A stretch of DNA of 55,611 nucleotides, the filler included, from Fonticula-like sp. SCN 57-25 (taxonomy: Eukaryota): the NCBI GenBank assembly GCA_001724245.1. It is 2 parts of 2 records of this genome, joined end to end, with 100 filler letters (N's around TTAATTAATTAA, not from the genome) between each part and the next. Parts side by side here need not be neighbours in the genome. Positions count along the whole stretch, not along the records: positions 28,925 to 55,611 come from MEDX01000105.1; 1 more part is not named here. One strand, given 5' to 3'. The position numbers were made by a program, and so were the translations under genes. Below the pieces are notes generated by a model. It saw only the letters and a program-made list of their open reading frames with translations, did not search any database and was not told where the DNA came from. Numbering within the stretch: the first letter of the stretch is position 1; each line of letters begins with the position of its first letter. Positions 32,234 to 45,059 of this stretch are shown here, piece after piece.

Positions 32234-33991
32234 ATGGCGGCGGCAGCGGCGGCGGCGGCGGCGGGCAACCGTTCGCCGAGGCGCGCCGTGGGCGCGTGGG
32301 AGAGCGACGCGGTGCCGCAGCTGTTGGGGAACCGCGCCAATGGGACGGCCGGCCTTTCACGGACGATAGCCCTGAATAGCATTGCTTTTCTGCTGGCCTT
32401 TAGCGTCGTGTTCTCCTCATGGTTCGAGTACGTTACATCGTGTAAAATTGGACGAAGCCGCTAACGCGTCTGGTGCTTGTAGGGTGGTTGGCGAGGAGCT
32501 CAAGGAGCTGTTCAACATAGAAGTCAGCCTCCTGCATTATATGATTTACGCCGTAATGGCCCTTTTCGCGGTCAACGTGTTGACGTCGACCGCAAAGCTA
32601 TTGCTGACACCGCAGCCTCGCCCGGCCTCGACAACGCGCGAGGTGCATCGGCTGCTCGGCATGCCTGGCGACGCGTCCAAGTCGCCCTCCGCGCAGTCCT
32701 CCCAGACCCGGCCGGAGCCGTCTGCTATGCCCGCGGTGCAGGCGCGGTCGCCGCGGTCGCCGGCATCGGTGCCGTCCACGCCGTCGGCCGTGCTGCTGTC
32801 CGCGTCTGGATCGCCGTTTTCGCCCAAGCTGGGCGCGTCCATCGGGCCGTCTGGGTACGCATATTTACAAAGTTGAATGTATGGGCTGATGGCGTGTCGG
32901 GCGTAGCCGGAGCGTGTACGGCGTCATGCCGCCATCCCCTTCGCCGACGACGGCCGATCGCGGGCGCACGGCCGATCTGTCGCCGCTGGCCCAAAGCGCA
33001 CTTCCTCTGCAGATGGACTTTCCGTTTGCGTTCCACCAGGACTACAAAAAGGTGGCGTACCAGGTGGCGTCGCCTGACCCCCTGCGCCGGACGGCGTCGG
33101 ACACGCCCTCGAAGCGCACGCAGACGATCGGCATGTCGACCAGCGACGAGGCGCACGACAAGCTCATGGCGGAGAACATTGCCTTGTACATGGAGGGCTG
33201 GACGGAGAACGTGCGGTGGTGGATTTCCGTGCACGTGCTCAAGCCGCTCGTTGAGCGCCTGGATCGCTTTGACCAGCTTGCCCTTGCCTCCAACCAGCCC
33301 GGCCTGCGCTTCTACAGCACGGCCGTCCCCACCGGCTTTGGTTCGCACAATTTGTTTGTTTTTCTCGCCCTTTTCTTACCGTTTTTGTACAGGCGCTTCG
33401 ATGCAGCAGTACATGCACAATGAGTTTGCCAAGGAGCACTACCGTCTGAGCCTGCACCTGGCGGGCCCGCGCGGCCAACGCGAGTACACGCTCAACCGGC
33501 TCCGCAGCCTGAGCGAGAGCGCCATGCTGGGTGGCTTCCGCCACAACAGCGGCGACCGGTACGCCAACCGCGACTGGACCGACGAGCTCCCGACCGATGC
33601 CGAGCTCGTGATGCACTTTGTGTGCCGGTACTTTGACGAGAACCTCGGCGTGCAGGAGGACCCGAAGAGCCAGTTCCCGGTCGGCGCCCAGCAGATGGCC
33701 GCGCTGCCGCCCATGGGTGAGGCGTTCACCAACCTCTACCTCGTCACGTCGGCGTCGCCGGCGTCGTGGGCCGACAGCAACCTGCACATCCGCATGGTGT
33801 CCAAGAAGCCGCCAAACTACCGCGTCGTGGTCAACAAGGAGGCGTGGCCCGTCACACCGCACCACAACAACGTGTTCCACGCGCTCATCCTTTTTTTCCA
33901 CGTCGTCAGGACGCAGTACGGCGGCTACATTCGCTCGCTCGACATCGGGAGCCCCGCCATGGACATTATCGGCAAGGTGTTCAAGAGCTAG
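32234..33991 (+). CDS. TMEM209: TMEM209/Pom34-like nuclear envelope protein, multi-exon
   Basis: Two N-terminal TM helices; SP-rich linker; WTENVRWWIS..VLKPL; REYTLNRLRSL; WTDELPTDAELVMH; NNVFHALILF. Confidence 0.85.
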
Positions 33992-34175
33992 TGCAAAGTT
34001 TTGCTCTTTTTGTCGTGTACATCATGTATATTCACCACATACAATGCAGTCTCAATGACCATTACGCTGTTTTACACAATAGAGGGCAAGAGGGCAACGG
34101 TTCGTTCAACATTTGTCATGTTTGCTGTCCAGCTGACCGTGTCACCTCAACCTGTCAGGGGTGGAATCAGAGGTA

Positions 34176-35647
34176 ATGTCCACCAACAACACCACCGAGG
34201 CGGCCGCCCCGGCGCCGGCGGCCCCTCTGCAGCCGTCGCCGCCGCGGCCAGAGGCGCAGCCGCAGCAACAGCAGGGAACGACAAAGGGAAAGAAAATGTT
34301 TTCCTCGCTGAAGGATCTTGTTAGCAATACGTACGCGTTCAGGCATTGATGATTTCTGGCCTAATGACGAAACGCAGGCTCGATCACTTGGACGATCTGA
34401 CGACAATCGACGAAAAGAAATGGCTTGAACGCGCAAAGAAGGGGTGCGTTTTTTAGTAGTTGCTGTCTTTTTTTGCTGACCGTGCCGCCCCTGCAGCATG
34501 GACACGCTCAAGGAGGGCGTGGACAATCTCACGACCACGCTGAATGTGGAGCCCGTCAAGCTCAAGCCCCGCCCGCTTGATCTGTCGGCCGGCGGCGACC
34601 TGCTGCACAAGTATGACGTGGAATGGACGCGCATTTACCGGCAGCATCTCGATGTGATTCACAACACCAAGGTGATTGATCTCCGCATTCGCCGCATCAC
34701 AAAGTCGTGCGAGGAGGAGCTCGCTTCTTGGGAGCGCCTCCAGGCGCAGCTTGTATCGCTTCCGCAGATCTCGGAGGCGGTCCTGCGCACGTCGGCGCTT
34801 ATTGGCGAAGTGTCTCAGCAGTGCGAGGCGCTCGAGCAGCTCTTTGTGCAGTTTGACATGGACGCCGAGGCGGCCGATCTCGAGCACTTTACGCAGCAGC
34901 AGACGGCCAACTTTGAGGAGCACTGCGCGCTGCGCCGCCGCGACGTCAAGGCGCACGAATTCCTTGTCAAGAAGGCCAAGGACGACGTCGAGCGCGCGAA
35001 AATGCAGCGCGTCATCGCGCAGCAGGAGCACGAAAAGCTGGAGCGCGAAGAGTCCGTCTCATTAATAAAGGAGAAGATCCTGACGCAGCTCCACGCAATC
35101 GCGCTGCTCTCGCCCGAGCGCAAGCCCCGGTCTTCGAGCAGTGCGTTTTCCACCGCTTTTTAATGGTTCATTCTGCTAATTTCGCCAAACAGCGCACGAG
35201 GAAGACGCCGCGTCGCTGGCGCAGGTCGTGCTCGACGTCCCGCGGCCCGAGCAGGAGGCCCTCGACAGCTTCCTCGACCAGCCGCCGGCGGCCGCCCCCG
35301 TAGCAGAGGCCCCATCCGAAGACCCGATGTCGCCGCCGGCGGTGCCGATTTCCAACGTGGTCGACGACGTGCCCGAGGCGGACCGGCCGACGACGCCCGA
35401 GCCCGTGCCGGTGACCGAGGCAGAGGCGCCCGCGCAGGCAGTGCCATCATCAGAGAGCAAGGAAGAGCAGAGCGCCGAGGCGCAGCCCGAGCCACCGGCG
35501 GATGCGCCGGCCGAGGAGCAGGCGACGAGCGCCGCCGCCGAGCCCGAGGCGCCAAAGAGTCAGCCGGCCGGCAAGGGGCAGCAGGGCAAGCAGCAGGGCG
35601 GCCAGCGCGGAGGCAAGCAGGGCGGGCGCGGTGGCAAGCGCAAGTGA
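34176..35647 (+). CDS. DTNBP1: Dysbindin-like BLOC-1 subunit, multi-exon
   Basis: LSAGGDLLHKYDVEW, LQAQLVSLP, a long coiled coil, and EQEALDSFL before an acidic tail follow the dysbindin pattern. Confidence 0.7.
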
Positions 35648-36093
35648 AGGGGATTGCCAGAATTACCATAGAGCTCTTTGATTCCGTTTTATGTCGAGTT
35701 GCCTTGTAGTGCTAAATGCTTTTCTCAATGAACACGCAAGCGACCGTCTTTTCATTGTACTTTGCAGTTGTGCCTCACGGGGCGCAGTGTTTTTGGGAGT
35801 GGGCAGTACTATAAAGTGCTATGAAAAGTATGGATCGTTCATGTAAAGTGATATGTAATTGGCAATTGACAGCAGTACAAGGGCAAAAGTAAAAGTGTAA
35901 ACTGGAAAGGTTCAGTTTACATGAAAAGACAAAAAACCAGGGGGGCACATAAATATAAACCACATATAGTCGCACAGGTGAACAATACAACGTATCGGAA
36001 GCAATAAGCTATAATGACTCGAATGGCGGAATCGCCCTGACTGGCACAAATATATATCTCACAGGCAGACACATTCTAATGTCTAACAAATTC

Positions 36094-37205
36094 CTACATG
36101 ACGTGGGCATTGTAGAACGAAGGGCTAAAATGCAGCCGCGGGTACAGGCGGTGCTGCGGAAGGACGGACAGCTGCAGCAACGCATTGGCCGTTTCCAATT
36201 TTAGGGTCTGCTGAAGCGCGCTCATATCTTTCCGCAAGCGGCGCATGGCGGTCGAAAGGGTGACGTTGGTGCCGCGCCCGGAATCTAGCTGCTCGGCATC
36301 GTGCAGCATGTCGACCAAGTTGTCTGAAAAGTCGCGGAGGCGGTTGCCGCCCTCGGTCATGGCGGCCACCTGATGCTCGAGCCGATTCCTCTTCCGCAAA
36401 GCCATCTCGCGGCGAGAGATGCGCCGCACCTCGACACGAGGCGGCTCCACAGCCTCAACAACAGCATCCTCCACGGCCACAGGGTTGCCGTCAACTTTCT
36501 GGACGCTGTCGTCGCTGCAAGAGTCGTCGGTTTCGCTTGCGGCAGTGCTAGGGGGTGATACGGGGTAATCTCCCATCATAGTCGAGGGAATCGGATGAGG
36601 TGATGTCGGGTGAACAAGGTTCGCAAGGAAGGGCGGCAGCACATCACGTGTGGAAAGGGTCGGGGGAAGTACCGGAACAGTTTTCGTGGTCACCGGCGCC
36701 GAGATGGCCGGTTTGGAGTCCGATGACGATTCCACGTCACCACTTTTTGGCGCATCGGGAGGCGGGGTCAAGGGGGTGGTCGGTGCCGGGGGATTTGAGT
36801 GGCGAGCACTCCACACAATGGGTGCGAGAACACGGCCGTGGAGACGTTTTCCATGGGCAATGAGGTTGGAGCGCACCGAAAACCTCATCCCGCAGTTTGG
36901 CATCGGACATTGGAATGGCTTCAGTGACACGTCGTCAGTTTTGAAAGGGTAAATCGGAGAAAACATACCTTCTCCTTTGTGTGAGCGCGCAGGTGCTGCA
37001 CCAGCTTGGTGCGCTCCGCATAAGGCGCGTCGCGCCAGCAGCCTTCCCACAGGCACTTGAGCTGCCTCTCTATCCTTCCATCGCTGGCGCCCATAATCGT
37101 CGCATGCCCAACATGGGCGTCATCAAGGTGCACCACCAAGGCCTCCAACGATACCGCCACGTGACCGCAACCGGCCCACCGGCACGTCGAAGCGCCCCTA
37201 TCCAT
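36094..37205 (-). CDS. C2H2 zinc-finger transcription factor, GLI/ZIC/PacC-type tandem CWCH2 (intron 36919-36968)
   Basis: CRWAGC..HLDDAHVG, CLWEGC..HLRAHTKEK|PFQCPMPNCGMRFSVRSNLIAH: three fingers, the first two with conserved Trp. Confidence 0.85.
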
Positions 37206-37622
37206 GTCTCCAGTCGTGCTTTCTCAGGAACGCGCGCTCTTGATCCCGCGGACTATGATCCAAAGGGTTTTGCTCTCGTTCCTCGCACCGCGGCGTAGTA
37301 GGTAATCAGAGTGCACACAAATAAATCACGACACTACCCCCGGGTGGACCGAAAATGACTACCCGACGATGGCCGAAAATACCTTTTTTGGGTGGTGCTC
37401 CATTGACACGACGCTCCTATTGGCCCGTTTCCGGCCAATTACGCTTGAGAGGCGCTTCTGTTGACCAATCTAAGCATTAGGAACGCGAGAATGGCAAAAC
37501 CGATGGATCGCGCAAGGATCCGGATCGAGACGCGAATTACAAAGCAAACTGATGGCAAAGCCAACCAGCGAGGCGGCAGTACACAAACCATCTGACCCAT
37601 CAGACCCATCACCGCTACGAGA

Positions 37623-39048
37623 ATGGCCGCCTTCCAACTGCCCTTCCAGGTGGACAAGACTGTGAACTGCGTCGGGACCCCGCTCAAGGACACGCCGCAG
37701 GAGAGTCGCCCACTCCTCTTCACGCCCATCAAGTTCCGCGGGCTGACCCTCAAGAACCGCATCGTGGTGTCGCCCATGTGCGTTGCGTACACTTGCCAGA
37801 GCCTCGACTGACGCGCGGCCGTGTTTGTTAGGTGCCAGTACTCGTCGCATGACGGCGAATATAACATGTGGCACGCCTCGCACTATGGCAAGTTTTCCGT
37901 CGGCGGCGCCGGCCTTGTCATCATGGAGGCAACCGGCGTGATGCCGAACGGTCGCATCTCCCCCAACTGCCTCGGCATCTGGAGCGACAAGCACGCCGAG
38001 CTGATGCGCCCTACAGTCGAGTTTATTCACACACAGGTGCGTTTTGCTCGATTGCTATTGGATGGCTAACGCTACGTAGGGTGGCGCGGTTGGCATCCAG
38101 CTCGCCCACGCCGGCCGCAAGGCGTCGGACCTCCCGCCGTTCGTTTCGATGAAGCGCGAGGACTACCCCGGCATCTTTCCGGGTGTGTGTTGAATATAAA
38201 ACTTTTTGCCGCTGACGCTTGTTGTGCAGATGACGTGTGGGGCGCCTCGCCGATCCCGTTCAGCGACAACTGGTACGTGCCCAAGGAGATGACCATCGAC
38301 GACATCAACACGGTCAAGAAGGCGTTCGTGGACGCTGCTGTGCGCGCGGACAAGGTTGGTTTCGATGTCATTGAGATCCACGCGGCCCACGGCTACCTCC
38401 TAAGCAGCTTCCTTTCGCCGCTCTCCAACCAGCGCACGGACCAGTACGGTGCGCGCCCGCTCTTTTGCCCGCTCGCGCCCTCGCTGACTTGCATTGAAAT
38501 AGGCGGGAGCTTTGAGAACCGGACGCGCCTGCTCTTTGAAACGATTGAGGAAATCTCAAAGGTCTGGCCCGAGACCAAGCCGCTGTTTGTGCGCGTGTCG
38601 TCGACCGAGTGGGTCGAGGGCGGCTGGAGCCTCGAGGACACGGTCAAGCTGGGCATCGAGCTCAAGCGCCGGTACGGACTGTGCTTTTTTGCCAAGTTGC
38701 CGCAGTGTTTTCTGACCTCTTTCAACGCACAGTGGACGTGTTGATCTGCTGGACTGCTCGTCGGGTGGCAACAATGCCGCGCAAAAGATCAATGTCACAG
38801 GCTGGGGCTACCAGGTGCCGTTCTCTCGCGAGGTCCGCACCCGCGTCCCCGAGTTTGCCACGAGCGCCGTGGGCCTTATTGCCGAGCCGTGGCAGGCCGA
38901 GCGCGTGCTCGAGTCGGGCGCCGCCGATCTCGTCATGATGGGAACCCAGTTCCTGCGGGAGCCCAACTGGCCGCACCGCGCGGCGAGGGAGCTCGGCTTC
39001 CCGATGCACTGGGCGCCCCAGTACGAGCGCGGCCGCGCTCGCATGTGA
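37623..39048 (+). CDS. NADH:flavin oxidoreductase / Old Yellow Enzyme (YqjM-like), multi-exon
   Basis: NRIVVSPM|CQYS, EATGV.P.GRISP..LGIWSD, GIQLAHAGRKAS, IEIHAAHGYLL.SFLSPLSNQRTD.YGGSFENR, FLREPNW..QYERG. Confidence 0.95.
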
Positions 39049-39189
39049 TTCTAGCTAGTCGATATATTCCAACAACACGCCTGTGAGACAACACGCCTGT
39101 GTGCAATTACCATCGATATATACAATATATATTTTGCCAGCTCTTGTATGCCGAGCATCGTAATATAGATACCAGTAGATACAAAATTG

Positions 39190-42100
39190 TTACTTTCGGG
39201 ATTGCTGAAGGTTGGGCGCCATGAGCTTGACCTTGCCGAGCATCTGGGTCATGAGGTCCGCCTCGGGGATGCCCTTGATGAGCTCCTTTTCGCGCGGCAG
39301 CGCGTCCTGCACGCGCGCAAACAGCGACAGCGCCGTCTTGGACGCCTTGCCCTTCTTGAGCGTGCCGGGGGTGAGCTTGACCTTGTACTTGAAGTTTGTG
39401 ACGGCCGCATACGGTGCGCAGACCGGGACGGCGTACGTGAGAATGTCGTGCTCGTTGGGCTGGCCGGTTAGCGCGTCAATGAAGGTCAGGCTGGTAGCCT
39501 CCTCTTCGTCCAGCACAGTGATGTTTTCCTCCTCGAGAAGGCGCTTGATCTCCTCCTTCTCCTCCGCCGTCGTCTCCTCGACGGCCTCGGGCGCGTCGGC
39601 CTGCTCATCCTGGGCAACGGCAGGCGACGCGGCGTCTTCTGCCTCCTTGGCCTTGGCCCGCTGCTGCTGCTGCTGCTTGCCGCCCTTCTTCTGGTTCTGC
39701 TGCTGCATCCTAGCCGGCACGGTCTTTGCCACTGGCGCAGGCTTGGCCTTGACGGGCGCCAGCAGCTTCATCGCAAGCTCGCGGTCCTCGTCGTCCTGCT
39801 CGGCGTACTTTTCCTTCATCTTCTTTAGCTTGCCGCGCTTGCCGCGGGCGCTCGGCGCCGGCGCGGGCGCCTCCTGCTTGGGCGAGGGCGTCGGCTTGGG
39901 CCGGGACTCGCGCTGGGCACGCAGCTCCTCGACGCTCACCGAGGACGCGGCGGCCTTCTTTTGCAGGCGCCGCTCCGCCGCCGACATGTGCTTTGCGCCC
40001 GTCGTTTCGCGCTTGCCCTCGTCGCTGCTGTCATCGCTGTCTGCGCCATCGTACTCGTCCGCGGCGGCCGGGGCAGCAGGGGTGCGGAGAGAGGACTCGA
40101 ACGCCGACTGGACGCTCGTGTCGGGGAACGCCGCCTCGTCCTCGCTGTCGTTGTCTGCGTCGACGTCCGCAGCTGCAGCCACAGGCGTATCGGCCTTATC
40201 GTCATCGTCGCCGTCAGCGTCGTCGCCGCCTTCTGGCGCCACCTCCTCGTCCTCCTGCGTCGGCGTCGGCTCCTCGTCGGCCGCGTCACCGGCTTCCAAG
40301 CGCGGCCTGCGCTCGTGGATGTGCGCCGCCACGCAGCTCTCGTCCACGCGGAACATGATGCCAAAGCCCATGATCAGCTGCACGGGCGGCAAAAAGTTCT
40401 TCTTGCCGCGGACCATGAAGGAACCCGTCGTGAGGTACTCGCCCGTGGGCGCCGTCTTTGACACCTGGTGGTGCTCCACCCACCACGCGGCGATGGCCAC
40501 CTTAGAGTCCCAGGCCGACGAGAGGCACACGGCAAACGACCCCGCCTGCGCCAGCGTGACGGGGCTGATCGGCTGGCCATTCGGGTTTTTTACAATGACG
40601 CTCGCCGCGCCGTGAATGTCCGCGTGCACGTACGCGTCGCCTACAGCAGCACAGTTAGAATAATGCGAACAAAAAAAAACTGAAATACCCTTGCGCAGGT
40701 GGCGCTTGACGAGATTTTCGTTCTGCTGCATGTCGCGGCCGGCGAGAATGAGGTAATTCTCAGAGGAAATAAACCACAGAAACTTTTCAAACCACATGGG
40801 CTTGCGCATGCGGTTGATCGTCTTGGCGATCTGAACCTGCTTCATTTCGCGGGTAATCTTTTTCTCCGCCGACTTGTAAGCCTGTAAAGCGATGCGTCAG
40901 CGTGGCCGACCAAAATGCGCCAACCCGCGCACCATTTCCGACGCGTTCAGTGTCTTCTGCTCCTTGGCGGCATTCGCCTTTTTTACGGTAAAGTACTCGC
41001 GGGCATTTGCGTGCGCCGACAGCGCCAGGTCCACGTCAACCGCCACGCGGGCGCGCTTCTTTCCAACTGCCGACTGGAAACGTTCCTGTCAGCTTACTAT
41101 CAAAAGAATGCCAAGCCATACCGCTTCCTCGTCGCTAAAGTCCTCGTCAGAGTTGTACTCGTCATCCTCGCCCTCCACCGTCTCCTCCAAGAGCAGCGTG
41201 ATCTGATTCGTCTCCAGCTTGAGCCTGTCGATCGCGCGGGCGACCGGGTTCCCTAGCGCGCGCTGCTCCTTGATCAGGTCGCGGAGCGCGCCCCACTGCA
41301 TGGCGTTGGCGAGCGCGACGCGCACAACATTGATGGCATCGTCGACCAATTTCAAGTGCGCCTGGATGAGCTCGGCCTTGTGCACGTTGCTTGTCTGAGA
41401 CGCGCGAAGGTTGCGGACGCGAGACTCGTGGTCCTTGCGCACGGCCTCGATCTTCTTGAGCGCCTGCGTCTCTTGCGCCTGCATCTTTAGATCCGCGCGC
41501 TGCGACTCAAACTGCGAAAAGTACTCGTCGCAAGCGCGGTCAAACGACGGGAACTCTATCGTCTTTAGGGCCCGCGACTGCTCGAGCAGCAGCGGCTGAA
41601 AGTCCTCAAACGTCTCCAGGGCGTCGCCGCCGCCCACCTTTGGCGTGACCTTGACCGAGATGTAGCCCGGGAACGGGGTGGTTGCATGGAACAACGCCTC
41701 GGTCGCTACAAGCGCCTCGAGCAGAGCCGCCAATTGAGGGGACCCCTCAGAGGTGTCGAGCCGCTCGGCGACCTTGAGGTCTGCCGTGAGGCCAGCTCGG
41801 CGAATCGAATGGTCGATCAAAGAGGCGCCATAGTCAAAGTTCGCCCCAAGGACCTTGGCGAGCACGTCGTTCGGCCCAGCTGTGCGGAGGCATTCGCGGA
41901 GTCGCTCTTCCGTCGGGAGTGTCAACGACACCTTGAGGAGGGAAGTGGGGTACACCTCGTTCACGGCGAACCGCACGCTCTCTTCCGGCTGCACCACGCG
42001 CAGCAGCGAAAGGATCTTGTAGTCCTTATCCGTCAGGATAATGTTGCCCGACGCGTAAAACTCGCAAATCAGGTGGAATGCATACTCGCTTCCGCCGCCA

Positions 42101-42452
42101 AACTCGAGGTCCACCACACGATCCACACCCAGCTGGCGGGCGGATGTGAGACGCCGCGTGCGCAGATGCTTGCGAAGCTTCATGGCAAAGCCGGAAGGTG
42201 TGTTGCTCTTTTCGCGGGTGTACTCTGTCGAGTGTATCCGGATACCAGACTCGATCAAGAGGAAGACCTTTTCTTCGCCGCGCGCAAACTTGATCAGGTA
42301 TGTCCGGGGGTTAAGATCGTAAATGTTGGCTACGCGCATGCCCAAGAGCCTGGTCACACGTGTAAGCCAACGTGACCAAATATACACTCGTACCGCGGCT
42401 GCAGCTCCGCCATGGCGGCGAAGACATCGAGCGTGGAAAACCGCTGCTTCAT
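39190..42452 (-). CDS. NEMF: Ribosome quality control factor NEMF/Rqc2, multi-exon
   Basis: MKQRFSTLDV, LLIESGIRIH, GFAMKLRKHLRTRRL, QLGVDRVV, WFEKFLWFISSENYL..GRD.QQNE, VSKTAPTGEYL..GSFMVRG, PVCAPY...KYKVKLTPG..KKGK. Confidence 0.97.
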
Positions 42453-42612
42453 CTTGCTGCCTGCCTCCCGATCGGTGGTGCTTGATGGGGTGTGACGCAA
42501 TTGAAGTGCAAACCGAGTTGCAAAATGCAAACTATGGACGGTTTGCGTCTTCAGACGCAACAACCGCTGCAGAGCTGGCGCAGGCGTCGTTGGCGATCCG
42601 TACCAGGTAGCC

Positions 42613-42960
42613 ATGACAACGACACCGGGCTCTGACTATGACGTGGCCATGACGACGCCAGAACGCAGTGACGATGAAATGGACCGTAGCGCCTGGAACT
42701 CGGCGCCCTCGAGTCCCCAATCGCCCCAAACCTCGCCCACGGCGGAGAAGGAGGCGACGTTTATCGAAGAGTTTAAGAACAAGGTGCTGGAGAGCAAGGC
42801 TGACCAGTGGCTGTATACCTCGTCTGTGCGTTTCAGTCTCTGTCTTTTTGCATATTGCTTATTGTCTTTCTAGCCGGAGTGGTCGCCATATGCGCATGTC
42901 GACTACTCTGCCCCGCGCCACGCCTTCCTGTCGGGCACTGGGCCGTTGATGCCCCGCTAA
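42613..42960 (+). CDS. Hypothetical ~99-aa protein (exons 42613-42825, 42874-42960)
   Basis: GCCATG start, phase-0 GTGCG..TAG intron, SP/TP-rich N-terminus; divergent from NEMF. Confidence 0.55.
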
Positions 42961-43124
42961 TACGTGCCCCCTCTCATTTCGTGTCGCATACTCACTTTCG
43001 CATAATGTGTATTATATTCATTCAATTTGCATAACGTGGCAATATATGATGCTTGATATTTTTCGAAGCGCGGTCACTTGAGAGTCGGTTGCAGTAAGCG
43101 ACCCCCCTTGGTCTGGCCAATAAT

Positions 43125-44576
43125 TTAAAAGGTAACACTTTCGTTGAGCGGCGAATGCTTCCGCAGCGGCAGAATATTGTCGCGCGCAAGCTGGTGCTCC
43201 ACTCGCAAAAAGATCCAAATTGTCCTGCGGATGACCTCGAGCCCTTCCAGCAGCAGCAAACTAAGAGCGCGAATTAGCACGAAATACCCCAGCAAGAGCG
43301 CGTCGTACTTGACATCGGGGTTCAGGTTAATGTGCGTCGACAACTTAATGCTCCATGTACAGCGCAGCATAAGGTTGATGGCCATCGCAGCGTAGTAATA
43401 CATCGGCTTCTCGAACAGGAGGGAATTGCGGAGGAACGGGTGCGCGGCATCTCGCCGCCCAAGGTCCCAGTCGTACACAATGTCCCAGTAGAAAGAGTAG
43501 AGCGTGTTGACACATACCGCGAGCAGCCTGCAAGCCAAGGGCATGTTAGCAAACAAAAGATACCAGCCAAGACGCGTACCAAACTTCAAACCTGACGGCA
43601 TTGGGCGACGCGTGCTGAGCCGCGGAAAGAAAGATGACCGGGAACGCCGTGGAGTACTTTAGGGCGTTGAAGAGGTGCCGCGGAAGCCGCTCGTCCCGAA
43701 ACTGCCTCAGGCACTGCAGAAAGCGCCACAGGGACGGAAGGCTCATGATGAGCGGGGCGAAGCGCGCGCACGAGACGTTGAAGGCAGCGCCGGCGGCACC
43801 GCCCGCGGCGATCAGGCACGCCGTGGTCTCCATGTCGCCAAACACCTTGGCAAACGACGTGAAAATATCGGCCAAAATAATGTCGGCAAAGGAAACGGCC
43901 ACAAAGGGCGCGCGCAGAATGCGCCAGCAGGCACTAGCAGGGCATGAGCGGGATTACACTTGCATTGTGGGTCGCACTTTGCAAAGGTGGCGCGCAGCAC
44001 GCCAAAGTGGCGCACGGGGGCGAAAAGGAGCGCGACGTAAGAGACGTAGAGCATTGTCGGAAGGGAGAGCGAAACGGGCTCCTTAAAGGTCGACGGCAGC
44101 ATGTACGCAAACAGGGCCAGGTTCACCGTGTAGACAAAGGTGTACACGGAAGCGACCGCAAAGATCGACTTGTATCCAAAGTCGGTGTAGTTTGCGGGAT
44201 CCGTCTGCAGCACCGCGTTCATGTTAACGCCTATGCGGCTCAGGACTTGAACGTTGATGCCCCAGCACCATATCCCAAACACAATCAGGCCCGCCGCCCG
44301 GTAATAGCCGGGAAAGTAAGTCGTAAAGCTCGGCTGATCCTAAGCCGGGCGTGAGCAGGACGCATAGCAAAAGCACACGCGGACGTACATGAGGGTCAAG
44401 TAACCTCTGGTACAAGTACATAACGGACGCGCCCGATAGCGCCATCATGATGAACGTGAGCTTGTCCAGCGAGCTCCAGTCTGTGCGAGTAAACATGACA
44501 GGGTGAGAACCAAGATCTGCGAGAGGCCAGACGCACCCGCGGGGAACCCCCAGCGAAACCGTGTCTGGGACATCAT
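43125..44576 (-). CDS. EXS-family (ERD1/XPR1/SYG1) membrane protein without SPX domain, ERD1-like
   Basis: WCWGINV, VSFADIILADIFTSFAK, LPSLWRFLQCLRQF, HLFNALKYST, YSFYWDIVYDWDL, INLMLRCTW, LEVIRRTIWIFLRVE. Confidence 0.92.
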
Positions 44577-45059
44577 GGCGGCGGTGTGTCAAACCCCTCT
44601 AACGAGCTGCAAGCCGGGCCCCGAGTGGCAGCACGCGTGCCGGCACCTCCACACGCCCGTCTGGGTGGTGAGGTGGCACTTTGGGCTTTGACTAGCAAAC
44701 TAGAAACCAGTTTGCAAACAGATCAAAGGCAGATCAAAGGGATCGAAGTTTGCGCCTGCCAAGGGAAGTGTGTGCCAGGGGCGGGTACCAGGACGGCCCC
44801 CGCTATTGCCAGGAGCAAGACAACACGCGCAACAACGCAGCGCGCTTTCCTTTTGTGTAAACTTGTTATTTTTTGATGGGCCAAGGGGAATGATAGGGGC
44901 AGAAAGTCAAAATCAACTATGTATATTGTGCCGGAGCGACCACTGGTATTGAAACATTTTCGACAAAACAGCATAATTATGTATATATATATACTCTAAC
45001 AATAGATTTACACTCACCAAACATATGCACTAATAACAAATATAGACTGATTTATATGC

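Noticed and set aside
39072-39102. Duplicated CAACACGCCTGTG
   Set aside because: Two-copy slippage duplication in a 3' UTR with no further structure.
39212-40615. 467-aa plus-strand ORF
   Set aside because: Antisense to NEMF; Ser-rich artefact.
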